DNA of 64,000 nucleotides from the human T2T-CHM13v2.0 reference genome, Homo sapiens: the NCBI RefSeq assembly GCF_009914755.1, contig NC_060926.1. The stretch is one strand, 5' to 3'. Made by a program: the position numbers and the translations under genes. Within the stretch, counting starts at the first letter, position 1, and every line of letters starts with the position of its first letter. This document shows, one piece after another, positions 31,691-45,609 of the stretch. The notes beneath the pieces were generated by a model. That model did no database searches, was not told where the DNA came from, and was given only the letters and a program-made list of their open reading frames with translations.

Positions 31691-32336
31691 CAGTTAATCA
31701 TTATTATTCATAGAATACACATTTGCAAATGTACATACTCACTAAAATTTATGTGTAGCCCCCAAATTAATACTCAGCAGTGCTTTAGTGGTCATTTGTG
31801 GGCATGTGCATGCACAGAGCCACGGAAATTCTCCGATATGCGAAGCCATATTCCCAGCTGAGAAAGAACAAGGTGTCGACAACATGCATGATGCTCAGCC
31901 TTCTTTTTGCAGCTCTCATACTGTAAATAAGCATTTTTTAGGGTACATTTAGTGCCATGTTTTTCTCATTTTTGTGCTTTTTTGGGTGATTTTGCTATTT
32001 AAAATAGCCCATGCCTAGTTCTGAAGTGCTGTCTAAGTGTTACTGAGCACAGGAAGGCTGTGACATGCCTTACAGGGAAAATATGTATGTTAGCTAAGCT
32101 TCATTCAGGCATATGTTATAGTGCTGTTGGCTGTGAGTTCAAGGTTAATGAATCAACTATATATTAAATAAGATATTATTGAACACAAACACACCTAGAA
32201 CAAGGTTGTATATTGATGAAAATGCTGTCACCAGAGGCTTGCAGTTCCCTAAACCTATATTTCCCCTAGTAACAATTGTTCAGTATTAGCAGCGACTTTA
32301 TAGAACATAACTACTGTGAATAATGAGAAGCAACTA
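31691..32336. mobile_element. MER82-like TcMar-Tigger element
   Basis: TIR-like ends cagttaatcattattattca / tgaataatgagaagcaact; internal ctgaagtgctgtct...gaaggctgtga...gcgactttatagaacataactac. Confidence 0.75.
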
Positions 32337-33298
32337 TATATGAAGTGTCTGTACACTTTGGATTTAAGCCTATTTCAAAATTGGAATTTCTTCCAGCCAA
32401 CTTGTTGGACCTAAAATATAATGGTATGAATCTGGTTTCTCTCCATTTTCTCAATCTCTATCAGCCCCAACATTATCCTCTGGCCTTTTTTACACGATAG
32501 AATAGATTATGCTGCAATAAATTTTTTTTAGAGAAACATATTCATTAAGTATAGAATGTATGTCAAGCACTTTGCTAAGAAATAGATGCCCTGCAGCTGC
32601 TTGGAGATCTGGTAAGATAGAGACATACGTATCAGTTCACAACTGAACATGGCCATGATGTGATGGATTATGGACAAAGCGCAGTGGCGGCACAGAGGAT
32701 GGACCAGCTGAATGGCTTTGAAGGGAGAGGGATAGAGGAAGAGAGGGCTTAATGTGGGATGTGGCACTTTGCCTGGGCTTTATTGTATATAATAACGTTC
32801 ACCAGGCAAAGAAGGTAAAAGCAGACCAAGAGAAGAGAATTTCATGTGAAAAGACACGAAGGTGTAAAAGAATATCTTATGGTCAGTGTGGCTGGAAGGT
32901 AGAGTGTGAGGTGGGTGCAGGGGAGGAGGGAGGACCAGGGAGAGGGGCAGGGAGTGCCTAGAGATGAGACTTGCAGGAGAAGCTGAGACCATATTGTGAG
33001 CGCCAGGTATCCAGGATAATTTGATAGAGACTATTAGGCAGATTTTAAAAATAATTTTTAATGTGAAAAAATACATATATTAAAATTCACAAAATAAAAA
33101 TGTATACTTTAAACATTCTTTTAAAGTGAATACTCACGTAACCATCCCTGGGTCAGAAAACAGAACATTTCCAGACCCCTAGAAGCTTGCTTCCACAAGC
33201 TTCTTTCTAACTCCAATCCCTTCCCCCATAATAAGTGTAAACTCTGTAATGAATTTTATGGTCGTCACATCCTGGCTTTTCTTTATGGTCTCACCACC

Positions 33299-34146
<848 letters not shown>

Positions 34147-35797
34147 CCACCCAACATTGCATCCCAAAGCACTATTATTATTATTTTTTTTTAACTTTCT
34201 GTAAGTAGAATCCTTGGGAACATTCTTTCTTGTCTGGCTCCTTTTTCTGCACCCTGTGTCGTTGGACATAGGCGATTTATTTTGAGGCAGAAGAGTGACA
34301 AGACCAGATCTATATTTTAGAAGCTGACTTTGACGTCAGTGTTCTGCCTGGGAAGCATAAAGGCTGAGAGGGGCAGTACCTGCAAAGGGCCAATGCAGCA
34401 AGCCCAGCAAGAAATGGCCAGGACTCAAAAAATAAACAGTGGAGGCAGAGACTGGGGAGGAGGGCTCATAACTGAGTTTAGAACACAGAATTGATAGGAA
34501 TTGATGTCCAAATAGATGTAAGGGATGAGAGGGTAGCTAAGAATAATTCCAAATACTCTAGTTATACAACTGTGGGGGTGGGATGTGGTGGACACAGGAT
34601 AAATTGCTGGTATAAGAAGAAGGATAATGTCTTCAGTTTGAAATCTTTGAAGTGCATACCAGCAGATGTTTCCAGATATCAAAAAGTTTCACCTGCAGAT
34701 AATATTCCACCTGCTGGGTTGACCTTCTTTTTGGTCAAAAAGATGTAGAGGGAGCAACAGAAACTTCAATGAACGAATCCAATCTTAAAATACAATGGGG
34801 ATGCCCTACTTTATCCTCAATAATGGATAATTACTTTGTTGTTCAATAGAAGTTAATTTCTACTCCCTCTTTTCCACTCCAATCACATAACAGGTGTAAT
34901 TATATCTCACACTCAGGGTGATATAATTAATATAAACCTTTGTAGAGGCGCATTTCCAGAGAGTCTTCTTAGGCAGATGATTTAGGCACTTGTCAGGTTT
35001 ATCACACAATAGATAAATGTTTTCTTCATGTAGCTTAATATAGCAGGGTATCTGCCTCTGAATGGAAGTGTTTCCAGAGAGTCCAGGCAAACAGTCCGTT
35101 TATTGCATCTGACAGCTTTATTGCTTTATCAGTTATTTGCTTAGGGAGGATTTTATTATATGTAAAATACTGACATAAATTATGGGGAGGGGAATTGATT
35201 TTTTTTACATAGGTTTGATTCATTTTTCATTGTTTGTATGTGCCAAGTTTGATATTGCACATTTTCTCCTAGTGTATTTATTTAGGTTGCAAGTTATTTC
35301 CCTGGTTCTACAAATAGTGGTATTTAGTTCTCAATTTTATTCCTGTGACTGCACATGTTCTCAAATTAAGTCATATATATAGTTAATACATAAAATATAG
35401 CTATAGGTACATATATGAATGAAATATATATCTAATAAAATTAAATACATTAACTCTAAGAAGAGTTTTAGAGTTTGGCACTTCAAAATTCAGAGAGATG
35501 TGATGCCAGTTTCCCTCCTGGCAATCAGGAGAAAACCAAGAGTAGAACCTGGCTGGGGAAAGTCATGTAGATCATCATGATCAGGTAGATCCAGGGGGTC
35601 AGCCCAGAAAGGACACCTCAAAGCCATTGTCATGGGGCCTTGCCTGAGAAGGTCTGGGTCCAAAAGACAGATCTGGATCTCAAGCCAAGCAGAGCCAAGA
35701 ATAGAAAGAATGTGCTCAGTTAGTGGGGAGGTTCAAATAGAAAGATAGTAGGCATGGAAAGTTGGCAACAGACTTCATGAATTTAGTCATAGGAAGC

Positions 35798-36257
35798 TGT
35801 AGCAGGCACAGTTGGCAGCCTGCCCAGATCCCCTCAGATCTCTTTTACTTGTTTCATGGGCCCATGGTTTTCTACTCAAACCTTCAGAGGATTTTCCTTA
35901 GGCACCTGGAGTTGCCTTACCCCAATGGAGGGCCTAAGTTCAGAAGTTACACCCTCTAGGGACAGTTGCACACCCCCTCCCATCCTTTAACCAATGACAG
36001 GCGGGTGCAGAAGTATAAAAATCCGGCTTTGTTGCTTTCAGATGGGACAAACTCTGAGGTACCGTTTACACTTTACAGTTCCTTCTGAGACCAGGCTGAG
36101 TCTGAAATTGACCTGAAATCACACCATTCCTTGACTTCTTTCCATCTTATCCTGGTTTCCTGACTCCTGTCCTGGTTTCTCCTAGGAGCAGTCCCTTAAT
36201 AAGTCACTTGAATTTGAATCCTTAGCTCAGCATCTCCTGGGAGAAGCTGCCCTGAGA
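35798..36257 (+). mobile_element. ERVL solo LTR, LTR16-like
   Basis: tgtagcag start; ccaatgac and tataaaa promoter-like motifs; gatgggacaaactctgagg; cttaataagtcacttg. Confidence 0.65.
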
Positions 36258-37459
36258 AAATTGGCGAACCAACTGTCAAGGCAATAGAGTTACAACAGCA
36301 AGGATAATAGTGATCATGGTAATAATAACCAACCTTGACTGAATTCTCACTATTTTCCAGGCATGGTGTTAAGTGTCTTCTACATAGTTTTCCATTTAAT
36401 TCTTCCAAGAGTCCAATGCCAGTCGATGTTATTTTCATCTCTATTTTACAGGTGAAAAAACTGAGGCGTGGGACATTAAGCAACTTGTTCCAAGATCTGA
36501 TGGCTAAAAATTAGAAAGGGCTTCAGAGAGAGCCCAGTAGGACTATTATGGCATATTATGTATTGAACGTTATATTTTAGAACTTCTCATCTTTATTTGC
36601 TCCACCCCAGCCAGAATGTGTCTGTTTCTGAGCCTATATTTGGAGTGATGTCGATTTACCTGCTGTATAGATGAACTCTTGGGATATAAGCAAAGCCAAT
36701 CATTTTAGTGATTCTAATCAGCAGTCTTGCACATTAATAATCTTGTGATTATCAGGAAGCTAAATAAGAAAATCTGGATGGTTGGGGGCGAATCCAGTAC
36801 TATTGCTAGATACAATGGCAATATTGCTTGGTATCTAGTACACAAAGGTGAATTGTATAGAATGACCATATTGAATGTGTGAATATGCTTAGGTGATTGC
36901 TATAGGCAATGTGTATAGTCAGTGGAGAGTGAGGAGGATGCTGTAAGTGCAAGGACCAGTGTCCAGATGCAATGTTTGAACTTTTCACCCAGGATTGACC
37001 ATTTGCCTCCAGGAGGACTGGCACGAGAACACTCACTGTCTGGAGCTTTTTTGTTATGCAAAATTTTTTTCATTTCTACATGTTTCATGGAAGAATAATA
37101 TAGTGAGTTAAAGAGCCTCAAGTGTTTTATAGAGAACTTCAATATGTTTTCTTATCCAGAAGAATCTTGTGTGGTTGAATAATGCCAGGCTAAGTCATGG
37201 TGTCTGGTTTCTAGTCTAAATCTATCATCAAATAGATTTGTAACCTTGAGAAAGCTTTTTAAAATTTCCCCGAAGATTTTCATTTCAGGGTTTCCCATCT
37301 GTAAAACCAAATTAATAAGTGATTTTTGGAAAAGATTCCTGTTCCCCTGGGACCCTCAACCCTTTCCTTGATGAAAATTATATATCTTTTAATATCTGGT
37401 ATGGAGTCATCAATAAAAATTTTGTAAGTACATTTCACTATGTTCTTATCAATTCATTT

Positions 37460-38090
37460 AAATAAGTCATTGAAATATCAGATAAGAGTGACAGTGAAAC
37501 GTGCACAAAGTATAAGACTACAGCTCAATGAATGTTCCCAAAGTAAAGATATTCCTGCAACAAGCACTTAGATCAAGAAACAGAACTTACCAGAGTCCTG
37601 GAAGTGCTCCAAGCCTTTCCAGTCACTTACTCACCCCATCCTGAAGAGTAACTACTATTTTAACTTCTAGGATGATAGCATGGGACTGCCTGTTTATGCC
37701 CCTAATATAAATGGAAGCAAACTGCAGATACTTTTTTGTACCAGGCTTCTTTCACTGAGTATTGTCCGTGAGATTCACCGATGTTTTTCTGTGTAATTAT
37801 AGTTTGTTCATTCTATATTTTTGGAAATAATTCCATTGTATGAATGTCTCAATTTATCTGTTCTATTATAGAGGACCATTTGGTTTGTTGGTTTGTTTCC
37901 AGATTTTTTTTTCTTTTTTGTATATTACCAAGAGAGTTACTATGAATATTCTTATTTTTTATTTTTTTGCTGAACATATGTGAGCATTTTTTGATGGGTA
38001 TGTATATACTTAAGAGTAGAAGGGTTGGGTCCTAATGAACACATATATTTAGCTTTTGTCAACACTTCCAAGTAGTTTTTCAAAGAGGTT
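37460..38090 (-). mobile_element. L1ME-type 3' fragment
   Basis: agatcaagaaacagaac...ggcttctttcactgag...gtgagattcacc...ttccattgtatgaat...atgaatattctt. Confidence 0.6.
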
Positions 38091-39532
38091 CTTCAGGGAT
38101 ATTGCATGTTAACATATGAAAGAAGGCACAGAAAAGTCCCTGGACACCTTAGAACATTTATCCCTTGGTGAGATGCTGAGTATGAACCTGGGTTATTTGT
38201 ACATATTAAGCCAGAGGTGAGTACCAGACAACAGAAATGAGAAAATCATGGTTATTAGTAAATGAGTTAGAAGCTGTGGGAAGGCAGGTGGGTCTTCCAA
38301 GCTAAGACTGTGAAATAACAGCGGTGTCTTACTGGTAACTTAGAATAGAGGTGCTCAATAGGGAGGCCATTATCTGGTTTGATAGGGACCTGGGAGCCTG
38401 GCTTTTTGCGTTGGCATTGAATATGTGGCCAGGAGCTCTGTCCTTTTTTGGGAAGGAGAATTGACCAGAACTGACTAATGAGCATGACATAAACAAGTCC
38501 AGGCAGGGATAGACAGATAATTTAGGCCCTGGATGACACAATTAAGGTTTTTGGGTTGGCCATAATACATTTGGTTTAAGAATCGGAGATGTGGTTAAGA
38601 AATAATTTGTAACAAAGAGTAGATAAAACCACTGTGGTTCTAATTTTTGAGACTGTTCCTTATATTTCATTCTTCCCATAATTGCCTTTACTTAATGTCT
38701 TAAAGCTCACGGATAGCTTTTTGCGTGGTTTCTACAGTATAGAATGTGGAGTGAGTAATATGCAGACAAATCAAGACAATCAGTGGGGAGACATGGGTCA
38801 CAATGAGGCGTGATGTACCTTCTGCTAATCCTATAGATCGAGGACTTTGAAGACAAGAAAACACTGGGTGGAGAACTTGGCAACATTTAGGGAAAAAAGT
38901 ATTAGTTGTGAGCAGGACAGGGAGGAGGATGGGACTCCAAATAGCACTTAATGGGCTCTCTTCTGCCCAAACTTCAGTTCAAATCCGCATTTATACCTCC
39001 CAGGGTATATAATTATGTACTCATAATGTACTTGTTTCATTTTGGCCTTTCAGCAAATCCAATAATATCAGTGAGTTTCCACTGGCCAGTAACCGAACGT
39101 TATAGTTGATGATTGTTGTATGTCTATAAAACTATAAAAATATGGCACATTTCAAAGTGAGGAGGGCTGCTGTGAAGTAAGTTTAATGAGATGAGAAATT
39201 ATCTGAGTTGTTTCAGGGTGGTATTACTGAAAAAGGGGCAGCGGTAGCCATTCAGTTTATTCTTAGGTCCTAGGCCTGCCTCCAGTCTGGGCAGAATTCT
39301 CTATCCTGGGTTCTCAACATTGAGTTCAAAGCTCAAGGAAAACCCTGTAATTATAAAGAGTGCATATTTCCCTGATCTTGTCCTCTATGCATATAAGTCT
39401 CTTAGGACCTCCACATGGGAAAAGGGGATTGGTGGAATACAGGATTCTCTGTTCTGGCTTCCTGCCATCTCCTATTCTCTCAATGCAAATATAATTTCCC
39501 CTTAAAGCACTACATATATATATATATATATA

Positions 39533-41804
39533 TTTTTAGAGCAGTTTTAGATTCACAGCAAAATTGAACAGAAAGTACAGAGAATTATCTAATACTCCCT
39601 GCTCCACACATTCACAGCCTCCCCCACTATCAATGTCCCAGACACAGTGGTACATTTGTTATAATCAATAAATCTACACTGATACATAATTATCACCCAA
39701 AGTCCAGGGTTTATACTAGGGTTCACTAATGTACATCCCATGGGCTTTGACAAATGTATTATGACATTGATCTATCATTATATCATTATAGTATCATACA
39801 GAGTCATTTTCACTGTCCTAAAAATCTTTTGTGCTCCAACTATTTATACTTTCCTCTCCCTAACCCCAAACAACCACTGAATTTTATATTGCTACCATAA
39901 TTTTGCCTTTTTCAGATTGTCATATAGTTAGAATTGTACAGTATGTAGCCTTTTCAGATTTGCTTCCTTTACTTAGTGATATACATTTAATGTTCTTTTA
40001 TGTCCTTTCATGGCTTGATAACTCATTTCTTTTTAGCACTGAATAATATTCCAGTGTCTGGCTATATCACAGTTTATCCATTCAGCTACTGGAATACATC
40101 TTGATTGCTTCCACGTTTTGGAAATTATGAATAAAGCTGCTATAAACTGCATATAAGGATATGCAGGTTTTTGTGTAGATGTGTTTTCAACTCCTTTGAG
40201 TAAATTACCAAGAAGCATGTTTGCTGGATCTATGGTAAGAGTATGTTTAGTTTTCTAAGAAACTGCCAAAGTCTCTTCCAAAGTGGCTGTGTCTTCATTT
40301 TGCATTTCTGCTAAAATGAATGAGAGTTCTTGTGACTTTACATCTGTGCTAGCCAGCATTTGATGTTGGTAGTGTTTTGGATTTTAGCCATTCCAATAAC
40401 TGTGTAGTGGTATCTCATTGTTTTAATTTGCATTTCCCTGATGACGTATGATGTGAAGCATCTGTTCATATGCTTACTTGCCATCTGTATATCTTCTTCA
40501 GGGAGGTGTCTGTTTAGATTATTTGCCCCATTAAAAGGGTAAGGTTGTTTATTTTCTTAGTGTTGAGTTTTAAGAGTTCTTTGTATATTTGGGATAACGG
40601 GCTTTTTTTAAACATTGATATTAAAAATTTATTATTTATTTATTTATGATCCAGGTTCCTCTGTTTTTTTTATTTTATGACAAAACAAAGAAACAGTGTT
40701 TTTGCTAGCATAAATCAATTAATGGACAACAGTTTTTTTTTTTAACCAAATCTATTATTTTGCAAATATTTTCTTCCAGCCTATCTTCCTATTCTCTTCA
40801 TCTTAAAGATCTTTTAAAGACTTTCATACCTGATTCTTTCACACCATGATAAATCAACCCTACATCCAAGTTTCTAAAAAAGTACTCTCTTTTCCTTTTT
40901 CTTGCCCGATTGTCTTGGCTAGAGCCTCCAATACAGTATTGAACTAGAAGGATGAGGACTGACATCCTTTCCTTGTTCCTGCTTTTGGGTGGAGGATATT
41001 CCATCTTTCACCATTAAGTACAATATTTGTTGCAGTTTTTTTTTTTTTTTTGGTGCATGGAATATGCCTTATCAAATTGAAGAAGTTTCCTTCCACTCAT
41101 AAAATTTTGAGAGCTTCTATAAGGAATCAATACTGGATTTTAAAATGCTCTTTCTCCATCTATAGAGCTGAATAAAATGTTTTTGTTTTTTTTAGTTTGT
41201 TAATATGGTAAATTACATCAACTTATTTTAAAATGTTAAATCACCTTTCATTCCTGGAATACATTTCACTTGGTCATCATGTATTATCATTTTTATATAT
41301 TATTAGTATAAATTTGCTATAATTTTGCTTATTTTTTTGCATCTGTATTCATTAAAATATCAATCTATAGTTTTCTTTTCCTTAATAAATTTTCTAATTT
41401 TTGGTATCGGGAAAATGTTGCTTATAGAATGAGGTGGAAATCATTACCTTCTCTAACATTGTATAAAAGAGTTTATGTAGAATTATCTGTGTAGTATTAA
41501 TTTCTCCATTTGTGTAGTATCATTTCTTCATTTGTTTAGTATTATTTCTTCATTAAAAGTTTACAGTGAAGTCATTGGGCCTGAGGTTTTCCTACATGGA
41601 AAGCTTTTAAATTATATGTTCAATTTTAAGAATAGTTAGAGGACTACTAATTCTGTCTACTTCTTATATGAATCTTGGTAATTTGTGTCATTGAAAAAAT
41701 TAGTCTGTTTTTTTCTGGTTCAAATCTATCGTCATAAGGTCATAACATTGCCTTATTATGCTCTTAATAGCTATAGAATCTATAATGGTAACTGTATTCC
41801 CAAC
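39533..41804 (-). mobile_element. L1MC-type element (3' UTR and ORF2 remnants)
   Basis: tttttagagcagttttagattcacagcaaaattga...atcacccaaagtcc typical of the L1MC 3' end; preceded by (TA)n at 39514-39532; resumes at about 44922-45089. Confidence 0.75.
41488..41554. repeat. Three tandem copies of a 22-23-bp unit
   Basis: tgtgtagtattaatttctccatt / tgtgtagtatcatttcttcatt / tgtttagtattatttcttcatt. Confidence 0.85.
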
Positions 41805-41946
41805 TGATATAATTTGGATGTTTGTCCCCTCCACATCACATGTTGAAATGTAATTCCTAGTATTGGATGTGGGGCCTGGTGGGAGGTGTTTGTGTCATGG
41901 GGGCAGATCCCTCATGAATAGTTTGGTGCCCTCCTCACAGTAATGA

Positions 41947-42271
<325 letters not shown>

Positions 42272-44352
42272 GAAATCTGGTTTTTTAAAAGATCCTGGCT
42301 ATTTGTCCTCACTTCCTTGCTCCCTTGCTTGCCAGGTGAATTATCTGCTTCCCCATAACCTTCTGCCATGATAAGGAGCTTACTGAGACCCTCACCAGAA
42401 GCAGATGCCAGTGCCATGCTTCTTGTATAGCCTGCAAAACAGTGAGCCCCCAAACATCTCTTTCCTTTATAAATTACTCAGTGTTAAAGATTATTTTATG
42501 GAAATGCAAATGGACTAACATAGAACATTGGCACTGATGAATAGGGCATCGCTATAAAGATACCTGAAGATGTGAAAATGGCTTTGAAACTGGGTAATAG
42601 GCATAAATTCAAGAGTTTGGAGAGTTCACCAGAAGAGAAGAAGATGAGAGAAAGTTTGGAACTTCTTAGAGACTGGTTAAATGGTTGTGACCAAAATGCT
42701 GATGGAAATATGAACAGTAAAGTCCAGGTTGATGAAGTCTTAGATGGAAATGAGGAAGTTATTGGGAACTGGAGTAAAGGCCACTTGTGTTACACCCTAG
42801 CAATGAACTTGGCTGGATTGTGTTCATGTCCTAGGAATCTGTGTAAGTTGGAACTTAAGAATGATGACTTAGGATAGCTGGTGGAAGAAATTTTAAAGTA
42901 GCACAGCACTCAAGATGTGGCCTAGTTGCTTCTGACAGCTTGTAATAAGATATGAGAGCAAAGGAATGACTGAAAGTTGGAACTTATAATTAAAAGGGAA
43001 GCAGAGCAGAAAAGTTTAGAAAATTTACAACTTGGCCATGTGGTAGAGAAGGAAACAGAATTTTCGGGAGAGGAATACAAGTGGGCTGTGGAGCAACCAC
43101 TTGCTAAATAAATTAGCGTGACTAAAAACGAGCCAAGGGCTAATAAACGAGACAATGGGCAAAAAGCCTTGAACGCATTTCAGAGACCTTACAGGAAGCC
43201 CCTCCAATCACAGGCCCAGAAGCCTAGGAGGATAGAATGGTTTCAGGGATCAGGCCCAGGCCCAGGGTCCTGCTGCCCTGAGCTGCCTTAGGAGGCTGCT
43301 CCCCAAAACCCTGCCTCTCAAGCTTCAGCTACAGATCAAAGCACCCCAGGTGCAGCTTGAGCTGCCACTCTGGAGGGCACAAACAGTAAGCCTTGGCAGC
43401 TTTCATGTGGTGTTAAGCCTGCAGGTGTGCAGAATGTAAGAGTGAATGAGGCTTGGCAGCTTCTGCCTTGATTTCAGAAGATGTATTGGAAAGCCTGTAT
43501 ACTCAGGCAGAAGCCTGCCACAGGTGTAGAGCAACCCTCCCACCTTCCACAGAGCTTCTACTAGGTCAGTGCTGAGGGAGAAATGTGGGATTGGAGCCTG
43601 CACACAGAATCCCCTCTGAAGTACTGCTTAGCTGAACCATGGGGATGAGGCTGCTGCTCTCCAGATCCCAGAAAGGTAGAGCTACCAACAGCTTGCACTC
43701 TGAGCCTGAAGAAGCTGCAGGTTCTTAACTCCAACCCATGAAAGCAGCCACAGGGGCTGCACCCTGCAAAGCTGCCCAAAACCTTAGGAGCCCACCCCTT
43801 GCACCTGCATGCCCTGGATGCAGGACATGAAGCCAAAGACGATTATTTGGAGCTTTAAGATTTAATGAATGCCCTGCTGGATTTCAGACTTGAATGGAGC
43901 CTATGGTCCCTCTCTTTTGGTTGACGTCTCCCTTTTGGAATAGGAATGCCTGTACCACCATTGTATCTGGGAAGTAAATGTCTTTTTAAAAAAAATCTTA
44001 CAGGCTCATAGGTGCATGGAATGTGCTTTGAGTCTCAGATAAGATTTTGGGCTTTCGAGTTGATGCTAGAATAAGTTGAGACTTTGGGGGACTATTGGGA
44101 AGGGGTGATTGTATTTTGCAATGTGAGAAGGACATGAAACTTGAAGGGCTGGGTGAAATAGTTTGGATGTTTTATCCCCTCCAAATCTCATGCTGAAATG
44201 TGACCTCCAATGTTGAAGGTGGGCTTAGCGGGAGGTGTTTGGGTCATGGGGGTGGATCCCTTTTAAATGGTGTGGTGCTGTACTCATAGCATAAGTGAGT
44301 TCTTACTCTCTGAGTTCACATGAGATCTGACTGTTTAAAAGAGCCTGGCACC

Positions 44353-44631
44353 AGCCAGATATGGTGTCTCATGCCTGTAATCCCAGCATTTTGGGAGGCC
44401 AAGGCAGGTGGATCACCTGAGGTCAGGAGTTTGAGACCAACCTGGACAACATTGTGAAACCCTGTCTCTGCTAAAAATACAAAAATTAGCCAGGCATGGT
44501 GCATGCCTGTAATTCTAGCTACTTGGGAGGTGGAGACAGGTGAATTGCTTGAACCAGGAGGCGGAGTTTGTAGTGAGCCAAGATCATGCCACTGCACTTC
44601 AGCTTGAGTGACAGAGCAAGACTCTGTTTCA

Positions 44632-44679
<48 letters not shown>

Positions 44680-44680
44680 C
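44353..44680 (+). mobile_element. AluS with (CAA)n tail
   Basis: Sense Alu; degenerate TSD agagcctggcacc / agatcctggcaac. Confidence 0.93.
44633..44680. repeat. (AAC)16 microsatellite
   Basis: Uninterrupted aac run in the Alu tail. Confidence 0.95.
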
Positions 44681-45609
44681 GAGATCCTGGCAACTCCTCC
44701 CTCTCTATCTTGTTCTCTCTATCTTGCTCCCTCTCTCACCATATGCTAGCTCCTCCTTTGCCTTCTTTCATAATTGTAAGCTTTATGAGGCTTCACTAGA
44801 AGCCAATCAGATCCTGCTGCCAGGCTTGTATAGCCTGCAGAAACTTGAGACAAATAAATCTCTTGTTTAAATAAATTAGCCAGATTCAGGTATTCCTTAG
44901 CATCACAAAGGAACTATAACACGTTAATGTTTATTTTCTTTTTCCGATTAGTTTGGCTAGATGTTTATCAATTTTGTTGATCTTCCCAAAGTATTAGCTT
45001 TAGGTTTCGTTAATTTTTATCTACCATTTTTCTGTTTTCTGTTTTATTGATTGTTTTTCTGATGTTCATTATTTATTCTCTTCTGCTTACTTTTTTTTAA
45101 CACTTATTTTATGTTCAGGAGTACATGTGCATGTTTGTTATATAGGCAAACTGCGTGTCACAGGGATTCAGTGCACAGATAATTTCATTACTCTGGTAAT
45201 AAGCATAAAACCTGATAGGTATTTTTTTTCTGATCCTCTCTCTCTTCCCACCCTCAACCCTCAAATAGGTTCCAGTGTTTGTTGTTCTCCTTCTAGTATT
45301 CATATGTTCTCGTTATTTAGCTCTCACTTATAAGTGAGAATATGTGGTATTTGGTTTTCTGCTCCTGGGTTACTTTGCAAAGGATGATGACCTCTACTTC
45401 CATCCATGTTCCCATGAAATACATCATCTTGTTCTTTTTTTAATGGCTGCATAATATTCCATGGTGTATATGTACCAATTTTCTTTATCCAGTCTTTCAT
45501 TGATGGGCATTTAGGTTGATTCCATGTCTTTGCTATTGTGAACAGTGCTGCAATGAACATTCATGTGCATGTTTCTTTATGGTAGAATGCTTTATATTCC
45601 TTTGGGTAT

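Noticed and set aside
32912-32953. G-quadruplex-like G-run cluster
   Set aside because: A common motif inside probable degenerate L2 sequence; nothing supports function.
41488-41554. CRISPR-like array
   Set aside because: Directly abutting tandem units with no spacers, inside an L1 in a mammalian genome.
44316-44870. Poly-Cys, poly-Thr and poly-Gln ORFs
   Set aside because: Translations of the (AAC)n Alu tail in different frames.
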